Shown piece after piece: positions 56,980 to 57,070 of a stretch of DNA of 57,070 bases. The notes under the pieces are model-generated. The model did not search any database, was not told where the DNA came from, and worked only from the letters and a program-made list of their open reading frames with translations. Location of the stretch: the IMG/VR virus record IMGVR_UViG_3300031949_000043, positions 1 through 57,070 of that record, one strand, 5' to 3'. Source of the DNA: a virus (Duplodnaviria; Caudoviricetes). The translations under genes and the position numbers were made by a program. Every line of letters starts with the position of its first letter. Position 1 is the first letter of the stretch.

Positions 56980-57070
56980 AGCATGATCCATATTTACTCT
57001 GCATCAGTGCAGCCCGCGACGTGCTGGACTGATTCGCGATTCAATGCGACGCACGCATGGTCGCCGAACC

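Larger units (their letters stand above)
55533..56986 (+). repeat. Repeated stop/RBS/start junction sequences between small genes
   Basis: GGCAGGAGCAGCG(A/G)ACATGA at 55533 and 55912; GGAAGCAAAGGAGCAGAA(A/G)TGA at 55725 and 56137; GGCGGC(G/A)GAGGGATGAAGCATGA at 56531 and 56964, partial at 56738. Confidence 0.85.

Noticed and set aside
55533-56986. CRISPR-like or attC integron array
   Set aside because: Three different junction sequences separated by whole genes; not palindromic and without attC R/L box structure.

Overview
The whole window looks like part of a temperate tailed-phage genome in its non-integrated form, because attP (the 3' half of a tRNA-Pro(CGG)) and the integrase lie internally at 38.3-40.2 kb with phage genes on both sides. 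The host is probably a Planctomycete: two proteins carry LE-x-LE-x-R N-terminal motifs, one has a dockerin-like domain, and the integrase has a W-x-P-N-Q-L-R-H motif. Gene order: split lambda-GpA-type terminase, T4-gp20-like portal, sigma-70-type factor, a ~12 kb operon of about 9 glycosyltransferases and 6 SAM methyltransferases, a membrane/lysis-like cassette, ~13 kb of beta-rich virion/fibre proteins (including a 24-aa-repeat protein), T4-like protease/scaffold/gp23-type capsid, attP-int-xis, DNA methylase, neck/tail tube/frameshifting tail chaperones (no tape measure follows), an immunity switch, recombination/replication genes, a DUF5131 gene with a complete HNH endonuclease nested in another frame, and an array of small genes joined by repeated junction sequences. 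The most notable observations are the very large glycosylation/O-methylation operon (candidate virion glycan shield), the dual-coding nested HNH, the split terminase, and a possible repeat-templated modular fibre. All functional calls come from motif recognition by eye; no database search was run.
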